Under the pieces are notes generated by a model. That model did not search any database. It saw only the letters and a list, made by a program, of their open reading frames with translations, and was not told the DNA's origin. Positions 26,001 to 39,330 of a stretch of 64,000 bases of DNA are shown piece by piece (positions within the stretch are counted from its first letter, which is position 1; the number at the start of each line of letters is the position of its first letter). Position numbers and translations under genes: made by a program. The stretch is from Lingula anatina (taxonomy: Eukaryota > Animalia > Brachiopoda): NCBI GenBank assembly GCA_051362555.1, contig CM120648.1, positions 1,713,721 to 1,777,720 on the forward strand, in the 5' to 3' direction.

Positions 26001-27440
26001 GGAAAACTGCCAAAATACACTCTGGAAATTGGCAGAACAGTCAATAACTGATTCATCTGTCATAGAAAGGATCCTTTATACACTTGCTCAATTGAAATAT
26101 GTATGTCGCTTGAAAGGGTGAATTAAATTACCACCCTTCCAGACCAGAAATGTTGTGACAGCTAGCAACCAAGTACCCCCAGTATGCATAATATAGCATA
26201 TATATGTGCAGCCAGTGTGTGCACTTTACACATACCCTTAAAAAATTAGCAAAATAAAAAAAATTGCGGCAACCAGTTTACAGAAGTTTGCAAGAAAAAT
26301 TGTATTAATTGCTGCTTATTTGCAGCAAATTTGCAAGAACATCTGAAGTTTGCAGCAGGTTTGCAAGAAAGCACGAATTCTTGCAAATTAGCTGTAAATT
26401 ATCAGCAAGTTCAGGAGAGAGTTAATATTGAGGCAGCTAGGCCTGATATATACTTTGTGAAGGGTAGCTTACCATGCAGATCATGCAGTAAGTAATTAAA
26501 GCCCCTAGTACAGCTGCAATCAGTGACAATACCTGTGGAGTTCATAAGGGCCCATATGTGTTACCTGACAATTAACACTTTGGGAATGCACCCTATATAA
26601 TTTACAAGAATGGTTCTTGAATAATGACCACGTATGATACTGAACAAATTGGAAAACCAGCTTAATTGACTTAATTATTTTTCTTTAAGTTAAACTTTAA
26701 AATCCCATATTGGACTGAATTAATTAAACCTTATCGATGTTAGTTACCGTGTACATTTCCTGAATGTCTACATATTACCTACAGTACATAATTAGATATT
26801 GATAGTGCTTATGGTGTTTATCATCATGTAATATACTGCATCAAAATTGACAAAAACTAGATATAGCTGCTTCAATAGCATTAATACAAAAATTAAAGAA
26901 AATAAACCGCATGCATTACTTTTTTTAACTGAAAGAATCATGCTAGTGCAGTACTGCAAGTTGGAAATTATTAGCTTGATTGAATTATTAATTTTAAGTT
27001 ACAAATTTTTTATGAAAAAAAATTTTTTTTTTCACGTATATATATATTGGCATTTTCAGTGTGTGGAAGCTTGGCTTTGAAATCTCATTTGCTTGAATTT
27101 CCATAAGTTACCTGTAGCACATAATTAAAATTTTGTGGTGATTAAATGCTGTCAAGTATATATAATACTGTAATTAAATAATGAACATACCCTTTAATAA
27201 ATATGCTTTTGTGTTATGTCCGTTGAGATCCCACAGAATGAAAATATTTCATGTAACTTTCTGTATTTTCTAGAAAAAGAAGCTATGGAAATCACAAAAG
27301 AATCTACTCTGACCATCAGCAAGATAGCAACAGCGTGTGAGGAGTCCTACAAGTTGGGCAAACCTGTGGAACTGTTTCTTACTCAGCCAGAGGGACCAAC
27401 TTTGAAGTCTGACACCAATGGTGAAATGGTGACCGCTTGA
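10286..27440 (+). CDS. myo-inositol 2-dehydrogenase-like Gfo/Idh/MocA oxidoreductase (~362 aa, 7 coding exons)
   Basis: Exons 10286-10509, 12986-13056, 14342-14450, 14672-14799, 15193-15416, 20306-20471 and 27274-27440 have consistent phases (1089 nt). Motifs: GLGRAG (Rossmann fold), [41 protein letters not shown], and C-terminal [15 protein letters not shown]. Confidence 0.88.
10637..10846. mobile_element. MITE with 17-bp TIRs and internal AATCACC repeats
   Basis: agagggtagggaatacc ... ggtattccctaccttct, flanked on both sides by TGAT (4-bp TSD). Confidence 0.65.
12562..12935. mobile_element. Degenerate PIF/Harbinger-like MITE
   Basis: ggggcctgtttcacaaa at the left end and tttgtgaaacagcc at the right end; a related end is seen near 16500-16517. 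Confidence 0.45.
14900..15065. mobile_element. hAT-like MITE, family A copy 2
   Basis: Homologous to 8378-8551 (ttctgggtc.tccggaaga.ggtcagattttcaagttt), with CAGGG/CCCTG termini. Confidence 0.7.
16751..18556 (-). CDS. Secreted 154-aa protein with three EGF-like domains, two carrying Tyr-rich loops; nested antisense in a dehydrogenase intron
   Basis: Exons 18556-18517 ([13 protein letters not shown], signal peptide), 17936-17766, 17582-17469 (canonical EGF: [36 protein letters not shown]) and 16890-16751. All junctions are phase 1 GT-AG, as is typical of EGF modules; the 465-nt frame is open and ends in TAG. Confidence 0.85.
19158..19333. mobile_element. hAT-like MITE (CAGGCCYGTARCCAG TIRs)
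   Basis: caggcctgtaaccag ... ctggctacgggcctg, flanked on both sides by CACTT (5 bp). Confidence 0.7.
20067..20222. mobile_element. hAT-type MITE with 8-bp TSD
   Basis: CAGTGTT...AACACTG termini, with an exact CCTGGGTG duplication at 20059-20066 and 20223-20230. Confidence 0.8.
20472..20710. repeat. Degenerate ~103-bp tandem repeat starting at the exon 6 donor of the dehydrogenase gene
   Basis: taagattgt.tg...ccat recurs at about 20473, 20575 and 20677. Confidence 0.7.
22398..22559. mobile_element. Fold-back MITE, family B copy 1
   Basis: Long imperfect inverted repeat (ggccgcattcagaa...ttctgaatgctgcc; gggtcaaatatgg...ccatatttgaccc), homologous to 55472-55646. Confidence 0.75.
24297..25076 (-). 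CDS. YWHAE: 14-3-3 protein epsilon, intronless CDS (259 aa), nested antisense in the last intron of the dehydrogenase gene
   Basis: One uninterrupted ORF with [70 protein letters not shown] and [13 protein letters not shown]. The N-terminus (MVDREDRVY) and [12 protein letters not shown] are epsilon-type. Confidence 0.96.
   Translation of the reverse strand: MVDREDRVYRAKLAEQAERYDEMVEEMKIVAQQNIDLTIEERNLLSVAYKNVIGARRASWRIISSIETKQAQADDPKKLPMIKDYRLTVENELKDICNDILSVLDEHLIPSAGSGESKVFYYKMKGDYYRYLAEFATGAQRKEAAEKSLIAYDSATTTAKVDLATTHPIRLGLALNFSVFYYEILGAPDKACQIAKLAFDDAIAELDSLNDESYKDSTLILQLLRDNLTLWTSDMQADEQGQGQEQVEDLETSGKPEDS
25140..25225 (-). promoter_or_regulatory. Probable 14-3-3 epsilon core promoter
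   Basis: CpG-rich patch with a YY1-like AAGATGGCCGC (~25148-25158), an E-box GTCACGTGA (~25196-25204) and a CCAAT (~25215). Confidence 0.5.
26235..26464. mobile_element. Small non-autonomous DNA element with CCCTT...AAGGG ends
   Basis: TA-flanked CCCTT/AAGGG termini and internal (t)ttgcaag/ttgcagca repeats. Confidence 0.5.
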
Positions 27441-28655
27441 ATGGTGATAGCTTTAGTTGGGAAAATATATGAATGTGCATCGCTACACGCACATTATAGA
27501 CAGTAATGACTGATTGGTAAATTATACATCATTGGGTTTTTTTTTATAATCAGGTCATTAGTATATATATGCTTCAATACTTGTCAAATTCAGAACTTGT
27601 GTCCATGAGCAGAGCTGATGTTTTCTGTCTATTTTGAGTTTTCTAGTAGGTTATTTTCTGGTGCTAAGTGAGAATTTAAAAAATTGCAGATATTAAAAAA
27701 AAAATAATAATAAAATTGTTTTGTCATGGCTGAAAGTATGGCTTACACAGAATTCTTTTGTTTCATTTTGCTAGGGAAAGTATACTAGTAAGTAAAGGTG
27801 AGGTTCAAAGTATTAGAATATTTTAATCATGTGTCTTTTCATTTTTCTAAATTTTTATTTGGCTAACAAATGTAGTGGTAGCTAGGGAGAGTAACCCCTA
27901 CTCATTTTCCATGGAAGTGTTAAATAACTATAATTTGTTGCCCTACGTTTTGTCCCACAATAAATGTTCACAGTTGATATTTAAACCAAGCTATCATATT
28001 TGACTATAGCTTGCACCTTTCCAGACACATTGCATGTCAGTATTTAGGTAACACCTGTTTAACAAGTATTACTTGATCGAAAACCTTTTTCTGTTTACAG
28101 CAGGTTATGGTTTATTTTAAACAGTTATACATTAGGTAGATTATTATGATGATGATGATGATGATTTTTACATGTTATTCAAGTAATGTCATTCTAGCAT
28201 TCCAGTTGTTTTTCTCTCTCTCTCTGCTCATAAAACAAGAATTATTATCAGAAAATTCATTTACACTAAATACTTAATGGACATCTTAGAGTTATATGTA
28301 TTATATTCCTTCAGTTTTATATTTATAGAAGGCATATTGGGAATTGAAAATAAACATTAATATTTAATATTAACAGAAATTGGAATTTGTCAAACAGGAT
28401 AAAATAACCATTATATTTATTATTTCAATGTCGTGAATTATTAATTACTGGTACAGTGCCCGGATACAAAATCATAATCTGATCTTATTCTCTAATATAA
28501 TAAATAACATCAATATTGTTACTCTAATTTTTATAATAAAACATTTCATCCAGATTTAGTTTCTCATGAAGATTGAAAATTATATTTTCCATTACTTCAT
28601 GTTAGTATTTTGTCATTGATTACATGTGGAAGAACACCGTCTTTCTTTATTTCTT

Positions 28656-31600
28656 TCAAGTTGGATCAAAATTTTGCAGGCAGACAAGTCTTGATGGTTC
28701 TAACTTCTCTCTGCATAGGGGGCACTCCAGCTGAAAATAAAGAGTTGTAAAATATTGACACAAAATTATCCACGCGCAGTAACCAAAATTACAGGTGACT
28801 AATTAAATGCCCCCAACAATGTGATGACAAAACTATCGATAGAAAAGGACCAATTAAAGCAACCAATGTAGTCCCATTAATCTTGTTAAAATATTAATTC
28901 ATTACTTTACAGTATGTAAAACATTCAGATGAAATATTTACTAATTTACTCCTGTAAACGTGATTAAAAAAGTATTTAAAAAAAAAAAAAACTAACCTTG
29001 GACTCACACCATTCTAGAATACAGTCCCAGCAAAATAAGTGACCACAAGGTGTTGCTGTAGAATGCTTTCTGGACTCTAAGCACAAAGAGCAGCGAGACC
29101 CTGGACTCACATAAGACTCACTGTGAGAACTAGGAAGTAATAAAAAAGATTTTAAAGATGTTAAAAAAACAACAGATTTTGAAGGTGAAGATAAAAAAAC
29201 GAAGAATGTAAGTAGTCAAAAGATCATTGCATGTAATTTTCTCATTTAAATTGTTACTGTTACTGTACTATCTTTTTAGAGTTTTATGGTGGGGCAATAT
29301 TAGAATGGAAGCCTTTTTTTTCCATCGTAAAAACCTCGCATGCAGAGAGAGGGAAGTGGAAGGTTCCTTCTGGGGGGGGGGGGGGGGGGGGGTAATCTGC
29401 TGTGCCCACCAATGGATCTGCCACAGCTGTTTATCTTTTTCACAGCTTTCTTGCTTACCTTGCCGTCACTTGTTCTTTCTCCTCTTCCTCATCTCTTTTG
29501 CCATCTGTTGTTGTTGATGTTGCCATGGACACTGCATCCCATCCATGTTTACCCACAGAGTATGTCAACTGTATAAGGCTCAGCCAGCCAAGAATGCTAT
29601 AACTGGCCCTGGGAGACCCAGGATCTGAGGGGGAACTACTGACACGCAGCTGGAAAAAAACATTATTAAAATCAATTAAGTGTTGCATTTTGTGCAGAGT
29701 TTTAGAGAAGTGGAAGGTCAAAAGTACAAGATGCGATGAAATAGACAGTCTAGTGTAATAGACCTCGCCTAGGGGTTCTACTTCTAGGCTCTTTTCACAC
29801 CTATATGTGTGTGTATTATACAACACAGTCTGTATCAGTTTACTTTGAGAGATTACCAACTTATTTGCCTGCCTTTTACTTATAAGAGAGTCACAGATTC
29901 TGAAGTAGAGCCTCCATACTTGACATGGACAATTAAATCGTAACTCAATAATTACTGGATCTTTGTGAATTTTACAGATGCTGTATTTTTAAGTCAGAAT
30001 TTCTTAAAATAAGAACATTCCTTCTGAGTGACAACAACAAAATTAAAAAGGCTACTCTATATAGTTCTATTCCATGCAGCTAAAGCACCACAAATGCTAT
30101 ATGGAAATATAATTATTGGATTATAAAATTATGTATCAGAAAGCTTGATAAATTTTGCCCAATAAAAAAATGGAGTAATTGCCCAGAAATTGTGGAGAAT
30201 TTGTACATGTTAGTCCACAGATACAGACTGGATCGTTGTAGCACACTACACCATTCAACAAAGTAGAAATTAAGGGCCATATACAAGCTCTGAAGGGGTA
30301 CGTTGAAGTTTAACACTTACATATCTAATTCCTGTTACTCTCTTGGATACATTATAATAGACACCCTGGAGATAAAATAAAGCCAGATGACTTCTGTGAA
30401 TGTATGGGATGACAGCTCTGCATGTCTTCACAACCTTAAGCAACAGCACCCTGAATCTCTGGCTTAGTTCCCATGTGTTGGAATGGAGTTTCATCTCAAG
30501 GAACGTGAAGAGTTTCTGCAGGAGGTATGGGGTGCACACCTGAAGGAGGATCATTAGCCCTCGTCTCTGGGGGAAAAAAAACGTTTCAAATTATATTTGA
30601 ATAAATTAGAGAGCGTTTAAAAAAGTGTTGAATGATAGTAACTGCACATGGAGAAAAATTTGTCAAAACTCTGAGAAATAATTTGAAAAATCGTAACTGA
30701 ATGATTTCCAGAGTTTTTAAGAAGTACATTTATAAACAAAGCTAGAAAATTTATCTGTATGAATTCTAATGAGTAATGTAGACATTTTGAATAAGAAAGA
30801 CATTTTGAATAAGAAATTTGTCTGATTTATTAAGATGATTACTATTTATAAAAGCATTCTTTAAGGCCTTGAGATTTCAACTTTTTAATCAATTCACTTC
30901 TTCTTTGAGCAAATATGTTGTAAGTAACAGCCCATCAGAAACACTAACTACCAGTTATCTACCAGGGGAAGTTATCAGCACAAAAAAATGAAAAATTTTT
31001 TTTCGTTGAAAACTAATTAAAAATCAGTACGTATAGGGATGAGTACTAGTAAACAGTTAATACAATTACAAGGCAACAATTGACTTATTGGAGGTTATTA
31101 TATTATAACATGCATGCTTTTGAATCCTGGAATGGGGGAAGCATGCTATATATATATATATATATATACCATTTCCTGGATCTGCTATTACTGTATTTTC
31201 TTACAATAACATTACACATACCAATTTGGACGGAATTGACCGTTTGGACTGGTCAACTTGCAAGATGCTGACATATTCTTCACCAAGCGTCTGGTAATCT
31301 GCCAGCGTGGTCAGTGCCAGGTAGCCCACACTGGCCAGAATGTCCAGTTCTACTTTCCACCTAAGCCATCGTCTGGCACCTTTAACATCAAATAATTGCC
31401 ATGATCAAAGTTAGTATATATATCTACTGCTCAGTTAATAGCTTGGTAGTGATTAGGAATTGTTTACCTCCAATTTCCTGATTAAATGTATCTGGTATAT
31501 ACCCCAAAGAGTTTTTACATCTATTTTATTTTCACATTGTTTTAGTATGTCATTCCAGATCCTATAATTATTGCTTTGAAGCTGAATTTTTCTCCAGACA

Positions 31601-32014
31601 GAACATATCCAGACATGATCCTTTATTTCAGTTTTAAAGTGTTGACAGTTCAGTTGATGTATGCCTGCCACATACTACCAATAGTCTAATACTGCCTGGA
31701 AGAAGACTATGCGGACCTGAGGACAGTCATATTAGCAAGAGTAACATCCCTTTAGTCCCCTCCCCCGCACCTCTTGCTCCAGTTTTTCAGCCTGACAAGC
31801 TAGGTGCACGCCACTGGTAGCCTGTAAGGCCGAAAACTGAGGCATCGCCCCCTTTCAGATGCTACAATATTTACTAGTTTGTCCAAGAAATAAATGTGTA
31901 AATACCCCAAACAGACTGCACAACGTCTGCAAGTGTATTCTTCAAATACTGGAGGTAAAAATTGTCCTTCTGATTTGACCTGACGATTTCTGCAGCCCCC
32001 GCATCAGATGGCAT
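28656..32014 (-). CDS. PEX10: Peroxisome biogenesis factor 10, RING E3 ligase (~303 aa, 6 exons)
   Basis: Exons 32014-31906, 31379-31222, 30566-30321, 29649-29459, 29129-28997 and 28730-28656. Motifs [23 protein letters not shown] and [23 protein letters not shown]; C3HC4 [34 protein letters not shown]. Confidence 0.95.
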
Positions 32015-32427
32015 TTCTTTTTTATGTACAAACGAAACGTGAAGTCAAGTAAAGGAAACTACTCTTTAGTAAATGGAGTACACAACCGGTCTTTCCTCCA
32101 ACCAGTAATAGCTTGTTGAGGTCAAAACAAATTATAATGTTTGTGTTTTAAATGAACAGGCCCCACAAACACAAGAACGGGTCCCACAAACACAAGACTT
32201 TATTAAGAATGCTCCTATATCTATATATTATACAGTAAATTTTGAAAATACACATTATTTCATAGTTTGAGTGCATAGTTTATCAGACAGGTAAGCATCG
32301 ATGAACAGGTGTTACCTTTTTACTTTATATGTGACTATTGTTAGACTGCAGTCGAACGTTCGGGTAGTTTTACTTTTTTTTCACAAGCTTTCTGAGGGGT
32401 TTAATTCTTTCAGCTTTTTATTGAAAG
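32015..32427. promoter_or_regulatory. Bidirectional promoter PEX10/UBE4B
   Basis: The two divergent start codons are only 413 bp apart. Confidence 0.7.
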
Positions 32428-35400
32428 ATGAGTGAACTCACTCCAGATGAGGTAAGGTTTGAGTACTCTTTCCCTCCGATTGATTTTGTACAACGTGTTT
32501 GACGAAGGTTTTATGTCCCCAAGGGATTGGCTTGGCAGTTTTGCTGCTGTGTCATTATACGTTTGTCGTCGCAAATATCTCAGCATGATTTGATCATTTT
32601 ATTCATATTTTTAGGAAAGAAACTCCGTCTCTATCGACAACGTTATAAGTATCAAAAACCATAAACGTAAATGTGAAGTTTGTGAAAAACTGCAAAACAT
32701 CTTTTTCTTAACCATAGCAGGTCATAATAAAATGCGCAACACAGCGCAGTGCACCAGAGAGTTAACACGGGGAATGGTCATTCACAAGAAAACACTGTAT
32801 TGAGAATTTTAGCATGACTGTTGAATAGTTAGAACACTGTCAGTTAGCAATTCATACTGTACAATACTTTAATTTAAAACCATATAAAATGGTAATCATT
32901 AATCTTTTCAATGGGCAAAATGATCAAACTTTCAGACACATAATTTCATAAACATAAAAATTATATTTCTATATGGCACTTCTGGTGCTTTAAATGCATA
33001 GAATAGAACTTTAGAGTAACCTGCTATTTATTTTGCTACCACTCAATAGGAATGTTTAAATTTTAAGAAATTATGACTTAAAACAAAAATACGGTATCTG
33101 TAAAATTCACAATTTCCTCTCCATTGAAAGGATTGAGAAATGACTCTAGTAATACCTATATATAGCATAATAAAATGAGTTAGATAAGATAGCACTAAAA
33201 GTCAGAGTAGTGAAGTCGAAAAGTTCTACTGCACTCAAAACTTTGTCTGCAACCATGACACACATTATGCTCTAACTAACTATGTATTCATATATTTAAA
33301 ATATTTTTGTCACATTTCATTATTAAGATGCGTAGAAGAAGGCTTGCGCGTCTTGGGGCAAGCCCAGCCAGCTCACCAGGGGGAGGTAGTGTCTCTCCAC
33401 AGACCCCTGCCAGTCTAGGTGCTTCACCGTCACTCCGGACACAAGCAGCGTCAAGTACACAACCCTCACCATCTGAAACACCCATGTCAGGTAAAACATG
33501 CCATTGCTAAGACTATCAATTATTATAACAACAACAACAATGACAATATAACACTTATAAATAAATAATGGTTTATTTATTGAAAGATACACAAGCACAG
33601 TTTTGGTTAATAAAAAAACATGCATTTTGCCTAGTCAACTTCAAAAAAGAGAATTAAATTTCAAAGCTTCAATGACTTCATTCTTACATTCAAGGTACAA
33701 TTACTAGATGTTCTGATGCCTGATAAGTAAGGTAGGGACTTGGTTAATTTACTGAGACATAGTGTAGTGTATTATATAAGAACCAAACCTTTTATTTTGC
33801 AGTAGATCAAAGTGCCTCAGAGACATCCAACATGGAAACAGATGATTCCTCATGTGAAAAGAGGTTTGTTAAATCTTTTTTCATGGGATGCTTATGCTCA
33901 TTACTTTACTTTAAATCCAGCAACTCTCTTAGGCTCTGTTCACAACATACTAGTAGTTGGTATACACTATCCAATATTGTTGTGAATGTTACAATCTGTT
34001 GACAATTTGAAATCAACATTTTTTACTAAAACCATCAATTTCAGGCATGTCTGGAATGACTTTGCTCAAATTCTTATGAGAAGTGTCTATGAGTGCATTC
34101 CCATAGATTTAGATTGATCGATCTAGATAGACCTAACTCCCTGGGGGTTCACGCTAAAGTGCTGTCAGCCGAGCGCGCACGGTAGTTAATTACCCCCTTA
34201 CAGCTTTAAGTAGGAGGGACAGACATTTAAGGCCGGTGATAGTAAAAGGACCAAAGTCATAGAAACAAAGCCCTGGGCTTATAAGTTTTTATAAAAAATT
34301 AAAACAAACTTCCCAAAAGGCCAATTAAAGACGGGGATTAAGTACAGTGTCCAACGGATGACGCTCTGGCGCCAATTTGAGGGGGAAAAATGCCGTTTTC
34401 GGTATTGGGATTTTCTCTATAACCAAGACAGCTATTCAAGTGATTCAAAAGGCCTCATAAAGCTGGGTGAAAGCACTTCAGCGCGGTACCAGGGAATTGT
34501 CTTAAACTATTTACTTTTGATTTTATCATCTTTTACGTTAAATTACCCCATATTTCAATGGCTTATTCACTTCAAAAGGCGATATCTTTCAAACAAACAA
34601 TTTTCTCTTAAACCCCTGATATCATGCTGTAGTCCACATTCCTAACAAAAATAGGTGCAACTTTTGTAACGATCGGTTGCTCAGATAGTGAGATATACTT
34701 GGCAGCGATTCACTTATCTCGTCAATATAGAAAGCTGTTAAAACAGCCAAAAACGTTCACAGGTTGGTTAACAGGGCTTATTAGTCAAATGCTTAGCTGG
34801 CAAATTTACCTGTTATCGGTTATACGATCAGCTGGAACCATTGCTTATTGTCATCTAAAAATATTTTGTTTGGGTGCTTTGAAGGGGCAGAAAATCGTGC
34901 TTTTGTTACATTTTCCGACCACTCGTTAGGCATGTAAGCGTGCCGCCATTTTGATTGACAGCTCTGGAGAGGGCCCTAGCCTTGTGATGCCCAGTAGGGT
35001 GTCAAGGATATGTAGAAGGAAGCGCTAACAAAGGCGATTACGTTTAACCGCAATTAAGAGGTGTGAAGTTGCATTTGAACGTTTCAATGGCTCTTCCTCG
35101 GCAATCGAGTAATTTTACCTGAGAGATTCCTTCTTTGTTATCGGCAAAGTGATCAGATAAAACTGTGTCGAGAGCAAGTGTCCGTCACTTGTGTTGATAC
35201 GAGTTTTTTGACGGGTAACGCTGCAGGATTATTTTGCACGGCACTTGGTAGTCGTCAGATCAACGGAAAAATCCAGTGATTACTTCAGAGCGGTCTCGCT
35301 CAAAATGCCAGCTAAGATAAAGGGGAGACGCTCAGCTGCACAAGATTCAGCGGTAAAAGTGGCTGAGAGAAGGCTTTTGAATAAATATTTTATTTTTACA

Positions 35401-38400
35401 CACATGACACTTAGACCCTATTTGCTTTTTACCTGCTAGCCTTGACTATTCTCGGGGTCTTTTTGTGATTTTCATTTTTGGACACTTGAACTCTTTCTTC
35501 CCGCTTGATCAGTGATTTTGAAATTGTTTTTCTCCAAATATCGCAAAATGCAAAGCCGCTAACATGCGTTTTTATTTTTATTGTTTTAATCATGCTGTCA
35601 ACCTTTGCTTGGATTTCTCTTGTTTGGCCATTCAAATCACAATTTTTCGCGTGTCTCTCAAGCTCCATGATATCATATCTTGGAGAATAAAATTTTATTT
35701 TGTCAACATTAGATTTACCTTTTGCAAACGGCAACCAACAATCATTTCCGGTTTCGTAACGTGTCGCAGATACGCTCGACGATATATATCGCAAAAATTA
35801 AAGGCTAGGCTAAAAGTATCCTTTTTTAGCTTTTTTTATTTATGTTTTTATCGATTTTTCTTTCATTTGTCAATTAATTTAGACGTTTCGATTAACTCTT
35901 TCACCCATTTATTAGGTATACAGAAATCAGTCATCCGACTGAACAAATAGGGCCGGTTTTCCCCAACCGCCACGCATAGGCCTTACTCTCAAAATTTTCC
36001 TTCTTTCCTCTGGAAAGGGACTTTTAACACGAACTTTTCTCTTCCCCATAGTGTACTAGCTAGACTTCTTCGCTGCTAAGCTGATGTAAGACTTATGACC
36101 TATTACCGCACACGTAATCGGCTTATAACTCATTAACTGTGCTCCGACCCCCTCATGGCAACGGCCCTTAGTAACAGAGGCGTGGCTTAGTTGTCAGCCT
36201 GACTGGGGCGCGTGCCGGTTGAAAAACTCATCAAAAGACGCATTTTGCGATGCAAATTCATAAAAATTATTACATCCAACGTTAGATACTTTTTTGATTA
36301 ATATAAACACACAAAAAACTCAAAAACACGATTTTAAGCGTATTTAACCCTATCACCGACCTTAAGCCGGCTAAGCTGACCGTAATCTAGTGAGACTCCC
36401 CACAGGGATAGATCGATCTAAAATCTGTGGGAATGGGGTCTATGTCATGAATGTGTGTTATTTTCACAGTGCCCAGTCACAAGTTGATGTTGATTCAGGG
36501 ATAGAGACCAATATGGAAGTTGATGATGAGCCAAGAGCAGAGACAAAAAGGAAAAGAGTAAGCAAATACAAAACCAAATATGTCAAAAAATATTGCCTTT
36601 TATAAGTGATTTGAAGGTACCTGTGCCAATGTAGGTGTTATGTCTTGGATAATCTAATAGTGTGAAGTTGTTGGTAGAAATAGACTGCCAAACTTGCCCT
36701 TAAAAAGTCTTGATCTTGCTTTGATACAACTGCTTTATCCCAAGTTTCTTCATTCCAGGACATCAGCGTATCTGAAGCCTCGGAGGAACAAACCATAGCT
36801 GCTATATGCAGGCTTTTTATAGTGTCGTGGAAGGAGAGGAGTGAGGAAACCCTTTATTTGCCAGACTTAGCAGAATCATGCAGTGGAAGTGAGAATGGTA
36901 AGGGGGTGAAAAAAGATGGTGACAGCAGTCAATTTTGGAGTTCCGAAGAGATGATTCATTTTTTTTTTTTTTTTCTTGAGAGCAGGCCAAAAATAATGCA
37001 TGTACGGATGACATCCATAAAATTAAATCAAAGTGTACACCTAAAGTGTACTTCTCCATGATAAATAGTCCAAGGTGTGCAGTCTTGTGACCATTGTTCA
37101 ATTGTGCAGTTTACCCATGAAGTAAATCTGACAGAAATGCACACTGAGTCGCCTGCTTAGTTAAGTCACTTGAAGATTTTAAACTAGATCAACAATGCAA
37201 GCAGCAATACTGACATGCGGCATAGGTAAAGTTAGTTCTTTCATAGTCAGGAACCAGCAATTTTTTTTTGTAACCAGCTCATGGTAATCATTAAATGTGT
37301 TGCTGGTATTTCACAGATTAATTAGGTCAGCACATATCTGTAAAGAATCAAATTTATTATTCAATTTCAGGGTATGAAGACTATCAAGATTTGATAAGCC
37401 AGATATTGATGGAGGTCCTCACAGTCATGAGTCAACAAAGCAAGAATCCAATGCTAAGTCTCAGACCCCCAAAGCTGGCAGGGTCGCCTTCCAAGTATGG
37501 CGCTAGCCCAGGGTATGTATCATGAGTTACTAAATTCAATGCCAATGGTAGATGGGTGCGTTTTTAAAGAACTCATGACATAAATTGATTTCTGATATAT
37601 ATTTTATATAGAATCTGAGTAAATTATTATGATTTTAAAAAATTTACAGAATTATTAATTTCCTTCTTTCAGCGCTGGTGCTATGTTGCTACATGAAAGA
37701 CCAACAAGAGATTTCCCCAGACTCAAGTTTCAGCCTGAGGACTCTAAGGAGGTGGAGATGCTCAAGTACCTGCTGGACTGCTTTGACAGGTGTTTAAATG
37801 AGGAACGCCTGTCATCAAAGGTAACACGTGTGCTTGTCTGTGATGTCTGTCATGTACGTGACACGGTGTCACTGCATAGTGTCTAGATCACTGTATTGTA
37901 GAATTGTTGTCATCTAAGATAGTACAATTTTTGTTGTGTATGTGACATGGTGTGAATTTGGTATCATGGTTGCTGTTTCGTTGTTTGGATTTTTAAATGA
38001 AAGAATAAGAGAACAGTTTTGGAGGTAATACCCACATATTTTATAAGCTCTTGATAAAAAGAAAAACAATAATTTAAATAAATGAAAGAAGTTTTCCTGC
38101 TATGACACTAATTATGACATTGGATCAGCCAGTTACTTTCAGAGGTTTAAACTGGGCTTTAAGTAAGGTATGAATGATCCCTCTAGCTTCATTTATAAAG
38201 AAAATGCTTTAAAATAATTGAATGAACAAATTTTAAAACTGGTCTTTCTGTTCAGCGCTCCAGAGTGCCACCTCTCAGTACGGCCATCGAGGAAACGAGA
38301 ACTCAGTGTGTCAACATGGCAGCCTTGGTTCTGCAGGGGGTGCTCACACACCCAAGGTAAGAAATAAAGTGTAGACAAAACAACAGTTAGAAGGATAGCA

Positions 38401-39280
38401 ACTCTTCATATGAGATTCAAAACTCCCATATAAATACTTTGTAAATGACACATAGAAATATAATAAAATTCAGTTTACAAGTACCACTGAAAAAAGCCAG
38501 TTATTCTGAAATCTGTGCTTGCCATTGGACCAGGTGGACCTTATAAATGGCTACCGGGTACCCTCCATGATAAGCAAGATTATTACACAAAACACTCTGA
38601 GAAAAAACAATTGACTAACTTTGAATGTTTGAACTGATTCATTAAGCATTGATGAAATCATCATTTACCCAAAGAGAGTCTGTTTTATGGCACTTTTCCC
38701 GCCAAAATGAAGAGTGATTGTCCTTTAAAATAAGAGTTAAATTGCATCGTTGCTGTAATAGTAATGGTTATCAAGTGATCATCTTTTTGGAAGAAGACCA
38801 AGTGTAATGGTAGCTCTCTGACATGAAGCCATTTTTATTACTTTTCAGAAATAATGAATAAACAATTTCATGTTAAATAGCTAAAAATGGACAGTTTTTG
38901 GAAAGAAGTTTTTCAATAAAATATTTTTGTTCAAATATAATGAGTTTTAACCATAAATCTTCCACAGAAGCCCAGCACGGCCTTCTTTACTGCTGCCATT
39001 TTTGCTGAACCACAATCTGCCAGCAGGCTTCTTAGAGATGTTGGTTAAACAGACCAGTGGCTGTCAACGGAGCTTTAAACAGGTAGGAAACTGCTTGTCC
39101 ATCTTCCTCCTGTTTTTCTGTCTGTTTGTCTGTCTGCTCGTCTGTCTGTTTGTAGTGTAATTTTAATTGACTTTCTGTTGCGTGTCTGTCTTTCTTTGAC
39201 ATCAGTAGTTTGATAACTGCACTGAGTCAGTGTGTGTGCACGTGTGTGTGTGTATGTTAATAGCCTGTATGTCTGAATGG

Positions 39281-39330
<50 letters not shown>

